Positions 27,620 to 41,394 of a stretch of 64,000 nt of DNA are shown one piece after another. Positions within the stretch are counted from its first letter, which is position 1; each line of letters starts with the position of its first letter. The translations under genes were made by a program, and so were the position numbers. The stretch is from the human T2T-CHM13v2.0 reference genome, Homo sapiens, in NCBI RefSeq assembly GCF_009914755.1, contig NC_060947.1. One strand, written 5' to 3'. A model generated the notes under the pieces. The model was not told the origin of the DNA. It saw only the letters and a program-made list of their open reading frames with translations, and did not search any database.

Positions 27620-28332
27620 ATTCAGCTGTCAAAACTTTCTGTGCCAAGGCTGAAGAAAATCACACAACCTCACAAATTGTTCCTGCTACAAATACACGTT
27701 CTCTATCAAAAACTTGATCTTCAGTGATCTCTACTAATGTTTCTTATGTTACCTTAACTGAGCTCTTGATCTCTCTTTTTCAGTTCTTCTGAATATTAGA
27801 ACTTTAACATATCTTTACACCTCCCATCCCACCTGAAAAACAGAAGTCATCAAATGAAGCACTTTCAACTTTTACCCCTCCACATGCTAACTGACTGCAC
27901 CCATACTGTCACTTTTCTTGCCCAAGATTCACTCCCATGCTTATTCTCTGTACCCCATTCAATGTAACCTCCTTACAAAACACCCTGCAAAATCACCCCT
28001 TCCCTCTTTACCTTCATCTTCTCGTATACATTGAAACGTACTTCGCTCTTTGATGAATTAAAAGTAAAAATTTAGATAAACTTCCCTTACTGCCTTGCTG
28101 TGTCTAGCTAGTGTCCTCTCTCTCTTCTCTTTTGTTGACAACTTTTCAAAATCTGTTTACAACGGCTGCGGCTTCTTCTTGACTTTTCCTTCATTCCTAA
28201 ACCCACTCAGTATGGTTTCTGCCCAATCGCTCCACTAAAACAGCTCTTGCTGAATTTACCAGTGGCCTCCATGTTAAGGTCAATGGAAACTGTAGAAATG
28301 TAATAGGGTCTCGAACTCTCGGCTGCATTTTC
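27620..28332 (+). mobile_element. L2
   Basis: 'ctccactaaaacagctcttgctgaatttaccagtggcctccatgtt'. Confidence 0.75.
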
Positions 28333-28503
28333 ATTTGTCATTTTACACATTTCCAATTATTATTTTAGTACATATGTTTTTTTCTTAAGAATGATGTAAC
28401 ATTTTTTTCAGTACTGGATTTAAACGTAAGAATTTTATGAATATAATATACCCATAAAAATTCAATCCCTTCATAATACATTTGACCAAATAATACTGCT
28501 CAC

Positions 28504-28608
28504 AGTTCTTTCAGGTAATGTGGATTATGGTTTTGAAAACTGAAAGTTAAAAGGATTGATATTTGAAATCCTGCACCACGGCAACTTTCTGGATTTAATC
28601 CCATTGTA
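28504..28608 (-). pseudogene. Exon relic: YNGIKSRKLPWCRISNINPFNFQFSKP*STLPERT (HYLKE in shifted frame)
   Basis: 105 bp, phase 0-0, acceptor ccaattacag, donor ACT|GTGAGC. Confidence 0.6.
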
Positions 28609-29013
28609 CTGTAATTGGATGTATTTTGTATTTATTTTACTCAACGAATGAATAAAAAAAGAGGATTAAGTGTGTTCACACTCCTCTAGAAGGGCACAAT
28701 GTCTCTTTTTGACCCACTTTTAGAGTGGAAATAACCTGAATTTTCACTAACATCAATTATTATTATACTAAAATTGAAACTCTTCTGTATAAATTGCATT
28801 ACTGTCCATGTTATTTACCAAATTAAAATAGTTAAGAACAAGCAATCTTCATTATAAAATGAGATAATGCATATAATGATTTAAAAATACTCAAGTTTTA
28901 CTTAGTAAGTTATCATTATAGTGACGATGATTTTCTGTAAAATCAAAACATTCTGTGCTAAGTTGACATGAAGAAGTCCTATTATATTGCCACTCTGGAG
29001 TAGTTCAGCTCAC

Positions 29014-29664
29014 CTGGCTTGTCCATGCTTGGTAGAAAGATAATAAGTCCAAGTGTTTTCTAGATTCATCCAATTCAGTTTTCCCTCCTCGAGTAGTATT
29101 AGCAGTTTATTGTTCTTGTTGTTATTTGTTTTCTATTGTTGTATTCATTAAGACATTAAAGATTAATTGAAAATAACTGAATCCACACCCAATCATGAGA
29201 ATAAAGGTGATCAGGATGAAGGTATAATTTCTGTTTTTCAACACCAAGTTCTCCATTCCTCAGTGTGGACAAAATCCTTAGCCAGAACAGGCATAGGAAA
29301 ATGTTTCCTTGCTCGTCCTGGTTTAATTCCTCTGCATTTTATCATATTTAAGTTTATTGTCTTTTGATATGTCACTCTCACTGAGTAATCCAAAAAAACA
29401 AATTTTCATTTTCCTATCACATGAAATTTGACTAGTTTAACTCCTAGAGGAAAATTCATTTCAAAATTATAGACAATTCCTCACTATCATCCCAATGTAC
29501 AAATGAATTATTTTCCAATTCTGTAAAATATTTTCAGAAGCTTACCTCTAATTGTCCAGAGATGCCTTACTATATATCACCTTCTCTTTTGTACTGCTGC
29601 AGTGGAAGAGATTTCACAGACCTCTGTTCCTTTATCAGCAAAGATAACATTTAACATTTTCCAA
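29014..29664 (-). pseudogene. Large exon relic: Walker B (KVI-IV..SLD-QLE), FVHW, GLLSESD, EEWRTW, TTRGGKTELDE, FYQAWTSQ
   Basis: Acceptor tttatcattacag, donor CAG|GTGAGC. Motifs are spread over three frames but in NACHT order. Confidence 0.65.
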
Positions 29665-30004
29665 CTGTAATGATAAATTGAATAATCAGTCTCTATCCTG
29701 AAATAACTTACACTATGATTACTCCCTATGACATTTAACCCGCCCCTCACCAAATAGTAGTAACTCTGTCAAACCATTCTATGTATAGCACCAATCATTT
29801 TCATTTTTCGTTTTGTAAGTTTATCCTTTTATGGTGAACTATATATGTATATTACACTGAGAACTAAACCATATGTCCACAGACTACCTTTTCCAATACT
29901 GTGCACCAACAAAATTGAAAGGCTTAGTGTACATTCTATCCCCTGTCCATTTTCCTGACTCTTTGCTTGTGACTACCTGTGCCATTCACCTCTACTCCTG
30001 TTCT

Positions 30005-30800
30005 GAATGATATAATGGAGCCAGGCAGATTTAGGTTTGAGACCCAGCTTTATTACTTACATAGATGTGTAACCTTGCACAAGTGGCCTTTCTCCCATAA
30101 ACTCTATTACTCTCTCTTTCTTTCCTTTTCTTTTCGTTCATCTCTTTCTCTTTTTCTCCTTCCTTCCTTCCCTTGCCTTCCTCCCTCCCTCGTTTCCTTC
30201 CCCCCACTTTCTTTTTTCTTTTTCTTTTTCTCTCCTTCTCTCCTTCTCTTTCCTTTCTTTTCTTCCTTCCTTCCTCCTTCCCTCTCTCCTTCCTTTCCTC
30301 CCTCCCTTTCTCTTTCTCTCTTTCTCTCTTTCTTTCCTTCTTTCCTTTTGTTTTCTGTTTGAGACATGGTCTCACTCTGTTGCTCAGGCTGGAGTGCAGA
30401 AGCATGTGCAATCATGGCTCATTGCAGCCTTGACCTCCTGAGCTAAGGCAATTCTCTTGCCTCAACCCCCCAAGTAGATGGGACTACAGATTCAAGCTGC
30501 TATGCCTGGTTAATTGTTTTAAATTTTCTTTCATTTTTTGTAGAGACAGAGTCTCTCTGTCAACCTGTTGCTCAGGTTGGCCTTGAACTCCTGACCTCAT
30601 GCAGTCTTCTCGCCTTGGCTTCTCAAACTGCTGGGATTATAGGCAAAAGACACCACACCTGGCTTCGATATCTTCACATGTAAAATGAAAATTATTATTG
30701 GTACCCCTCTCTAGCATTGGTGTGAAGACTGAGCAAGACTATAAATTAATCATGTAGCACAATATCTCACATATAATAGATGTCTAATAAATAGCAATGG
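30005..30800. mobile_element. MIR (+) split by AluJ (-, ~30350-30664) and its expanded tail
   Basis: MIR halves at 30005-30100 and 30670-30800. Confidence 0.8.
30107..30359 (+). repeat. CT-rich low-complexity tract
   Basis: About 250 bp of nearly pure pyrimidines (TTCC/TTTC/CT units). Confidence 0.95.
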
Positions 30801-30859
30801 TTGGTGTCATAGGGTGCCAGGATATAGCACTACTTCTTTTCACATGCAATTACTCAACC

Positions 30860-31042
30860 AATAATTGAAACAAACTAAGGAGTCAAAAGATAGGCAACAA
30901 AAAACCCTTATTACTGATAATAATAATATTGGAGAATGTGGCTGAAATGTTTGACAACAATGAGCTTTCTAATACTCTACTCTGGAATTAGGCAGACTTA
31001 TTTAACTAGTCCCAGGTAGCACTGACAATTATAGGCTTCTTC
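30860..31042 (-). pseudogene. Exon relic with Walker A: KKPIIVS-LPGTS*ISL ... LIVVKHF
   Basis: Acceptor tttttcattatacctcttatag, then G AAG AAG CCT ATA ATT GTC AGT G CTA CCT GGG ACT AGT TAA ATA AGT CTG, a degenerate PIIVSGLPGTGKTSL. Exon end approximate. Confidence 0.7.
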
Positions 31043-32280
31043 CTATAAGAGGTATAATGAAAAATGTATGTCATGGAAGAAAATGGGGCAAACTGCCTTC
31101 TCTATAATCACCCTGGCTCCGAAGAAGAGTAAGAAGAGAGGGAAAAATCTATACACACCCTGTTCTTATTCCAAAATCCATTAATAAGTCACCCACCTTC
31201 CTTAAGGAAGAGTGAATAAATGGATGAGAAGATGTCCCTTTTCCTTCAAGTTCAAGGTTATATGTTATCTCTTCAGGAAATATGTTTTGACTCTACTATT
31301 GTGAAATAATTTTTAGCCTCTCTAAGCCTTCATTGGTAATTATATGTGCCTATGTTAAGTCACAGACCACATTATTCAAGAAATAATCACTAGTCTACAT
31401 ACCTCTATATTATTTTCACTACTGTTCATATATTTATGCAACATGGATTTATCATTCACAATGTACCTGGCAAAGTGCCAAGTGCTGGAGATGGTGAACA
31501 TAACACAGTTCCTGTTCTCCTGGAGCTTAAAGGCTGCTGTGTGGTGGGGGATGGACAATAATTTCCTTGAGGATATAATCTATATCTGTTCTAATTTTTT
31601 TAAACACATGACTCTAATATTTGCTCAGTAAAATTTCATGGAATGAATGATTAATAGTTCAACATAGAAGTCACTATTTGCCTCAGTCCTCAGAGATAAA
31701 AAGAAGCAAATTTCCCCAAAGTGTCATATTTTAAATTAATAAGTTGTTCAATTTATATTTGAAATGTTTGAAATATCAGTGATCCTGCAGAACATATTCA
31801 CAAACAAAATATGAAATGCTAATAAACACAACTAAAATTAATATAATAACATTTATACACAAAGAGTTTGATGTAATAATTCCTAGTCAGAACCAGCTGG
31901 TATAGTCTTACAGATTAAAACACATTAGTATCCAAATAGACAGGGAAATCATTGAATAAACCACTGCCTCACATAACTGGCAGGTGGGTCTAATATCCTG
32001 AGCAGTCTCATAATTCACAACTTGCCACACAAGTCTACAAGGTAATTATTAAAGTAAAAATCTTGCTCAATATTGCAAAAATTTAGAGTAGATCTCATGC
32101 AATATAAAAATACAATCCAAGCTCATTTATTTTCACAACAAAACATAATCTTACCACTCAGACTTTAGTGTGCACATAATAAAACGTTATTTCTTCAGCT
32201 CCACCCACATTATGAGTGCAGGAAACCAGAATTATGAGGTTACGGGGTTGTAGGTGGACAATAGGTAAAGAAAACTTCTG

Positions 32281-32642
32281 GAGGGAAGCGGCCAAGATAG
32301 CAGCTAGTGTCTGTGGCTCAAAAAGAGAGGAACAGAAGGCGCAATTAAATACAGCACCTTCAACTGAAACATCGAGGTACTCGCATTGGGACCAATCAAA
32401 AATCAACTAGACCCACAGAGAACAGAGAAAAGCAAGACAGGACGATGGTCCACCCAGGAATCACGTGGAGCCAAGGAACTTCCCCCGCCCAGGGAAGTGG
32501 TGAATGAATGTGCGACCCTGGGAACCCACGCTTCTCCCATGGATATCTGCAACCCTTGGGGCAAAAGATCCCTTATGACACAAGTTTACCTGTGGAACTA
32601 ACCTGCCCATGTACCCCTGAACTTAAAATAAATGTTAAAAAA
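32281..32642 (+). mobile_element. Mini-L1: ~295 bp of 5'UTR fused to the last ~65 bp of the 3'UTR
   Basis: TSD aaagaaaactt(c/g)tgg on both sides; junction 'gatcccttatga|cacaagtttacc'. Confidence 0.85.
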
Positions 32643-32702
32643 AGAAAACTTGTGGTGAGGCTTCAAAATGTTTTTCCACCATAAATGTCTCATAGACATT
32701 CT

Positions 32703-33025
<323 letters not shown>

Positions 33026-33539
33026 TAAAATACAGACAATAGAACTCTTGATCTGCCTCCCTTTAGAACTGGAAATCTTCCAGTGTTTTCTATTTCAGCA
33101 AAGTTTACCAATAAGATATATGACTTTAGAAACAGGCATTCGACATTTGATTTTATTACCTAAATATTATTTACATCTCTCTTTATCTGGAAATTGTGTC
33201 AAATGTGGACCTCATTCATGGGGTAATTCAGGGCTGGGAACTGATACTCCAAACTAAAAGAACTTTTTAGAGAAACCAGGAACAGAAGCCCCAACACAGC
33301 GGGGCCATAAAGGAGACGTACGGGAGAGAGAGCCAGAATAATGGGAACCCTTATTGTGTGCGTGAAATCACATAAGTGTCATGATTAACCCTAAATTATG
33401 TACATGTAATATAAATCCAAAGCAATGACGCAAAAGCAAAGAGAACTGAAATTATACCTGAACCACCCGTAAAAGTCTCAGCCTAAATCCTGAAGCAAAC
33501 ATCAGAAATATAATGCAGATTTTTACGACTCAATAAAGG

Positions 33540-34090
<551 letters not shown>

Positions 34091-34439
34091 TGAGTGACAA
34101 AAAATTTAATACATTTTTATTTTTATTTTTAGAAAATTTGGAAAATAATACTTTAATTCCTTCGGAATTTCAATTGTTTCTCCTTCAGAAAATGTGGAGC
34201 TATGCATTTGGGAAGGGATTAAACTTGCCATTAAATGGATTGATAAAAGAATAATGGATAAAGTACAAAAATGAAAAGGAGGGGAAAAAGAGAACAGCTT
34301 CAAGCTAGATTACTGAGAAATTCAAGCAGCCTTTTTCAGTGCTTGTCAAATCTTTTCTAAGGGAAATAAAGTCTTATTGAATAGAGTCAGAAGGCAGTTT
34401 AAATCCTTGCTCTGACACTATTTATGTGACCAGCTACAA

Positions 34440-35243
<804 letters not shown>

Positions 35244-35366
35244 TTACTTTATCTCTAAAAGGGGGTTACTATATGTCTGACCTATCTCCCAAAGTTATTA
35301 TGAGAACCAAAAGGATATCAAATATAAACTTGTTACTAACTGTAAATTGTAGCAAATTGTCAATTA

Positions 35367-35711
<345 letters not shown>

Positions 35712-36029
35712 TTAATTACAGAACTAACATTAGATGTTCTAAATATCTGGCTCAGGGGCAAGAACATCACTAGATATACTATTATTCTGAGTACATTTTA
35801 TAAATGAGGTGTTAGTAAACTCTAAAATGCCTCTACCACCTCCACCCTTGTGCTGAGAGCCGGCTCCCACTTCCTGGCTTTTCTGCTGGTGCAATTGCGA
35901 GCATATGAACATCACAAACCACTCTGGGAAAAGAAGAAAGAGCAAAGTTCTGCATTCCTTATTTAGTGCAGAAATAGGTTCAATTTTTTTTTTGTGGTTG
36001 TTATTCATAGAAGTGTAATAGGATGCAGT

Positions 36030-37179
36030 GTAGATTAGTTTTCTATTGCTATAACAAATGGATGAAGCTGGAAACCATCATTCTCAGCAAACTAGGACAA
36101 AAAACCAAACACCGCATGTTCTCACTCATAGGTGGGAATTGAACAATGAGAACACTTGGACACAGGAAGGGGAACATCACACACCGGGGCCTGTTGTGGG
36201 GTGGGGGGAGGGGGGAGGGATAGCATTAGGAGGTATACTTAATGTAAATGATGAGTTAATGGGTGCAGCACACCAACATGGCACATGTATACATATGTAA
36301 CAAACCTGCACATTGTGCACATGTACCCTAAAACTTAAATTAAAAAAAAAAAAGAAATAACATCCAGCTATTACAATCACAATTCTGTAGGACAGAAGTT
36401 TGACAGGAATCTCGCTGTGCTAAAATCAAAATGTCAGCCAGTCATGGTGGCTCACACCTGCAATCCCAGCGCTTTGGGAGGCCGAGGTGAGCAGATCACT
36501 TGAGGCCAGGAGTTTGAGACCAGCCTGGCCTGGCCAACATGGTGAAACCCCGTCTGTACTAAAAATACAAAAAATTAGCCGAGTGTGGTGGCACGCACCT
36601 GTAATCCCAGCTACTCAGGAGGCTGAGGCATGAGAATCAACTGAACTGAGAAGGCAGAGGTTGCAGTAAGCCAGGATGGCACCACTGCACTCCAGCCTGG
36701 GGGACAGAGTGAGACTCTGTCTTAAAAAAAAAAAAAAATTAAGATGTCAACAGAACCCTGTTCATTACTTGAGGCTATGGGGAAAATTCTGCTTCCAAAT
36801 TCCTTGAGGCTGTTGGCAGAATTTAGTTATTTGTGCTTATAGAACTGAATCACCAATTCAGTGCTGTCTCCTGGCTGGGAGTGGCTTTCAGCTTCAAAAG
36901 GTCAACCATACATCTTGGCTGTGGCCCCCTTCCACTATCTTTAAAGTGGATTAAGTCCTTCTCATTCTTAGAATCTCTGTGACTTCTTTAGCCTCATCTC
37001 TTCTGCCACTATTGGGAGAAAGTTCGTAGACCCAATAGGATTATCTAACCTTTCTCTTTTAATGTTTGTAAACTTAATTACATCTATGAAGTCCCTTTTG
37101 CTACATAGATTAACATATTTATAGGTTCTAGGTATTACGGTGTAGACATCTTTGGGAAGCCATTATTCTGGCTACCACA
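36030..37179 (-). mobile_element. MLT1D/E-type MaLR LTR interrupted by an L1PA 3' end (+, 36058-36353) and an Alu (+, 36437-36738)
   Basis: Ends 'attagttttctattgct' and 'ccattattctggctaccaca'. Confidence 0.8.
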
Positions 37180-37471
37180 TAGTCTCTGTATCATATGTTT
37201 ATGAATTTTTCCAACAAATGAGACATTATTTAAAGTAAGATTATCTATATATTTGAATGGATATGTCAATATGGTATGGATGACTGTGACAACAAACAGT
37301 TCAATTCTTTCATTTATTAATACCACAAATGGCCTTTATGTCTGTGTGGAGGAAGAGGGGGAGTTTGAGAAAAGAAAGAATTAAGGGGTGAGCCAGAGCA
37401 CAATGAATTATCAGTCCTCTACAGAGCACAGTGTGGAGGTTCCTCAAAAAATTAAAATAGAATTATCATAT

Positions 37472-37823
37472 TATATTAGTCCATTTTCATGCTGCTGATA
37501 AAGACATACCTGAGACTGGGCAATTTACAAAAGAAAGAGATTTAATGGACTTACAGTTCCACCATGGCTGGGAAGCCTTCACTATCATGGTAGAAGGTGA
37601 AAGGTGAAAGGCATGGCTCATATGGTGGTAGACAAGAGAAGAGAGCTTGTGCAGGGAGACTCCCATTTTCAAAACCATCAGATCTTGTGAGACTTATTTA
37701 CTATCATGAGAACAGCAGGGGAAACACCTGCCCCCATGATTCAATTACCTCCCACTGGGTCCCTCCCACAACACGTGGGAATTCAAGATGAGATTTGGGT
37801 GAGGACACAGCCAAACCATATCA
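37472..37823 (-). mobile_element. THE1 solo LTR inside an L1 fragment
   Basis: '...cagccaaaccatatca'; TSD catat/caaat. Confidence 0.9.
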
Positions 37824-37977
37824 CAAATGACATAGCGATTTCATTTATGAGTATATACCCAAAATATTTGAAATCAGAATCTTAAAGAGATATCTGCTCT
37901 CTTGTATTCATTGCAGCATTAGCATTTTTCAAAAGAGCCAAAATATGTAAACAGCATACATGAATAAAGAAAATGGG

Positions 37978-38008
<31 letters not shown>

Positions 38009-38046
38009 TATATATATAATATATATATACACACACACATATATAT

Positions 38047-38118
<72 letters not shown>
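37978..38118. repeat. (TA)n/(CA)n microsatellite
   Basis: Seen directly in the sequence. Confidence 0.95.
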
Positions 38119-38120
<2 letters not shown>

Positions 38121-39028
38121 GTGATGTGAAATAAGCCAGTCACAGAAAGGCAAACACTACTTTTTCTCTATCCTTAAATCAAGATATTTTCATGTAAGCA
38201 AATACCAGTTACATTCTATATGTCCAATTTCCATTGTGTCACTTTAAAAAGTGATGAATAATTAATGTATAATTATTATTGTATTTTATTTATGGCTACA
38301 AAATGAAACTTTAAAAATACTTATATATCTCTATTCTTTCACTGTTAGTGCTTAAACTTATTCATTAACTTGTTTTTATTGCTCCTTGCAAAACTTAAAT
38401 CCTACCATTTACTGATCCCACAGTTTTATTCTATTGAGCATTCAATTTAATGTATTGCTCTGGTATCTTTTTTCAAATCTTACTTCCTGCTATCCTTAAA
38501 TTTATTTTTTCCTAGCTTCCTGAATTGGATGTTTATTTTCAAGTCTTCTTGTATTAAAATAAGAATATTTAAAGCTATTGATTTTTCTCTAACTACAGAA
38601 TGTATCAAATGGTTTATGTTTTAAACTGCAGTGTAATTAATTCTTGTGATATCTTATGATGTCAAAGAATAAAGTTTGGGTTACTCCTTTATTCTAGGAA
38701 TTACATAAAAAGCATTTCAAAATTTCCAAATGATACTGTTTAATTTTTGTCATTTTCTTATTAGAAAATATGTTGCTACTTGCATTTTCTGCATAGTTTC
38801 TGTACACTGTGTCTATTTGTGGGCTTATTCCTTTTTATCATTTTGCTGCTATGGGAAAGAGCATTTTTTGATCCATTGTATTTTCTAAATACTTACCATT
38901 TATAGGTAGGAAAACCATAGATTTTTATATACTAACTTTGTAATCAATCAACATACAAAATTCTCTTTCTCTGGCAGTTTTCCAGTTGGTTTCTATTTTG
39001 GATTTTTATATATACATGATATGTATTT

Positions 39029-39330
39029 CTTTTTTTTTTTTTTTTTGAGACGGAGTTTTTGCTCTTGTTGCCCAGGCTGGAGTGCAATGGCACACATCTC
39101 AGCTCACCGCAACCTTCGCCACCCGGGTTCAAGTGATTCTTCTGCCTCAGCCTCCCGAGTAGCTGGGATTACAGGCATGCGCCACCACGCCTGGCTAATT
39201 TTGTATTTTTAGTAGAGACAGGGTTTCTCCATGTTGGTCAGGCTGGTCTCAAACTCCCAACCTCAGGTGATCTGCCCGCCTTGACTTCCCAAAGTGCTGG
39301 GATTACAGGCGTGAGCCACCACACCCAGCC
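39029..39330 (-). mobile_element. AluSp within degraded old L1 (-)
   Basis: 'ctcaccgcaacc', 'tttctccatgttggtcagg'; TSD tacatg(a/g)tat(g/a)tatttct. Confidence 0.9.
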
Positions 39331-40124
39331 TACATGGTATATATTTCTATCATGTGTATATGATGATTATTTTCTACTCTCTTTTTTAATATGTCTATTT
39401 ATTTTATTCTCTTATCTATTTGCTATTTCAAAAACATGATAGCTGTCATTATTGTCTCATTTCTGATTTTAGTGAGAACATTTCCAGTATTTCACATTGC
39501 ACAATTCAGCATATTAGGGAGTGTCCATCTATTTCTATGTCACAACCAATGAAAAAAAATGTGAACTGACCTATTAGTATAAATTACATAAATATGTTAA
39601 CGCTTTCTCAGAATTGAATAATCCTAGTTTTGGTATATTAATCTTTTAATGACATTGGATTGTGCTACAAATACTTTATTTAGGATTTATACATTAATAT
39701 CTTCTGGGATTTTCTTTTTGTTAGCTTTTTTTGGGGACATTCTCAGCATTTTGACAATTACTAAAGAAATTGGCAGCTCTCCTTCCACTTTTAATGCTTT
39801 AGGACAGTTTAAATAGCATTAGAACTTTCAGACACTTACCTATTTGGAGTAATTCACCATGAAGTCAACTCCTCAATTAAGGGGACAAATTTAAGGGGTG
39901 GGAAATATTTCTTGAGATAGATTCTGTATCAGATTTTATGAGCACTTTCTCCAATATATTGGATCTAGGTGAAAGGAAAAGGATACATTTTAATTTATTA
40001 TATTATAATTTTATTTTTCCAAATCTGAGGGCCTCTTTTCTTTTGGAAGTAGGAGAGGCGCAACAGTTGGAGCCAAATAAACATCAATGAGCTTTATCAC
40101 TGAACTGAATTTAAAGTTCCCTCA

Positions 40125-40960
<836 letters not shown>

Positions 40961-41394
40961 CTGAACTAGGGTTCTTGATATATTTATCTAACCTTCTTCA
41001 CTGACTCTTGATAGTTAGTCAAAAGGTCAAAGAGTCCACTCCACAGAGGTGATATATAGGCTATGACCTCAAAGTGAATAAAATGTGCGATTTCTTCGTT
41101 GCTTTGGAAGCTTTTAGTTAGTTGGGATGGTGTTTCCATTTTCTAATTGAGAATGACTGCCTATGACAAAAACCAATGAGGACAGCATCAAATGTTGTCT
41201 AGGTCAAGAAAATGTTAAAGGTAGTGTTGGAGACCCATTTTGAGTGTTCACTCTAGTGCACTAACAGACTGGGATCTGGATCCCACAAACTATCCAACAT
41301 TCTTCTCTCCCATCCATGCCCTGCTGCTGTAATGTTGAGCCTGTTTCAGAGTTCTGCCTAGTATTGCCTTCATTAACTCTGCAGGCATAATCAT

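Noticed and set aside
29521-29545. Apparent 25-bp GTAAG...TTACAG micro-intron (similar 26-bp and ~41-bp candidates at 18381-18406 and ~10130-10170)
   Set aside because: Too short for mammalian splicing, and read-through gives equally plausible peptide. Treated as exon interior or deletion-shrunk introns; unresolved.
29979-30433. Long K/E/R-rich and F/S/L-rich ORFs
   Set aside because: Translation of the CT-rich tract and Alu.
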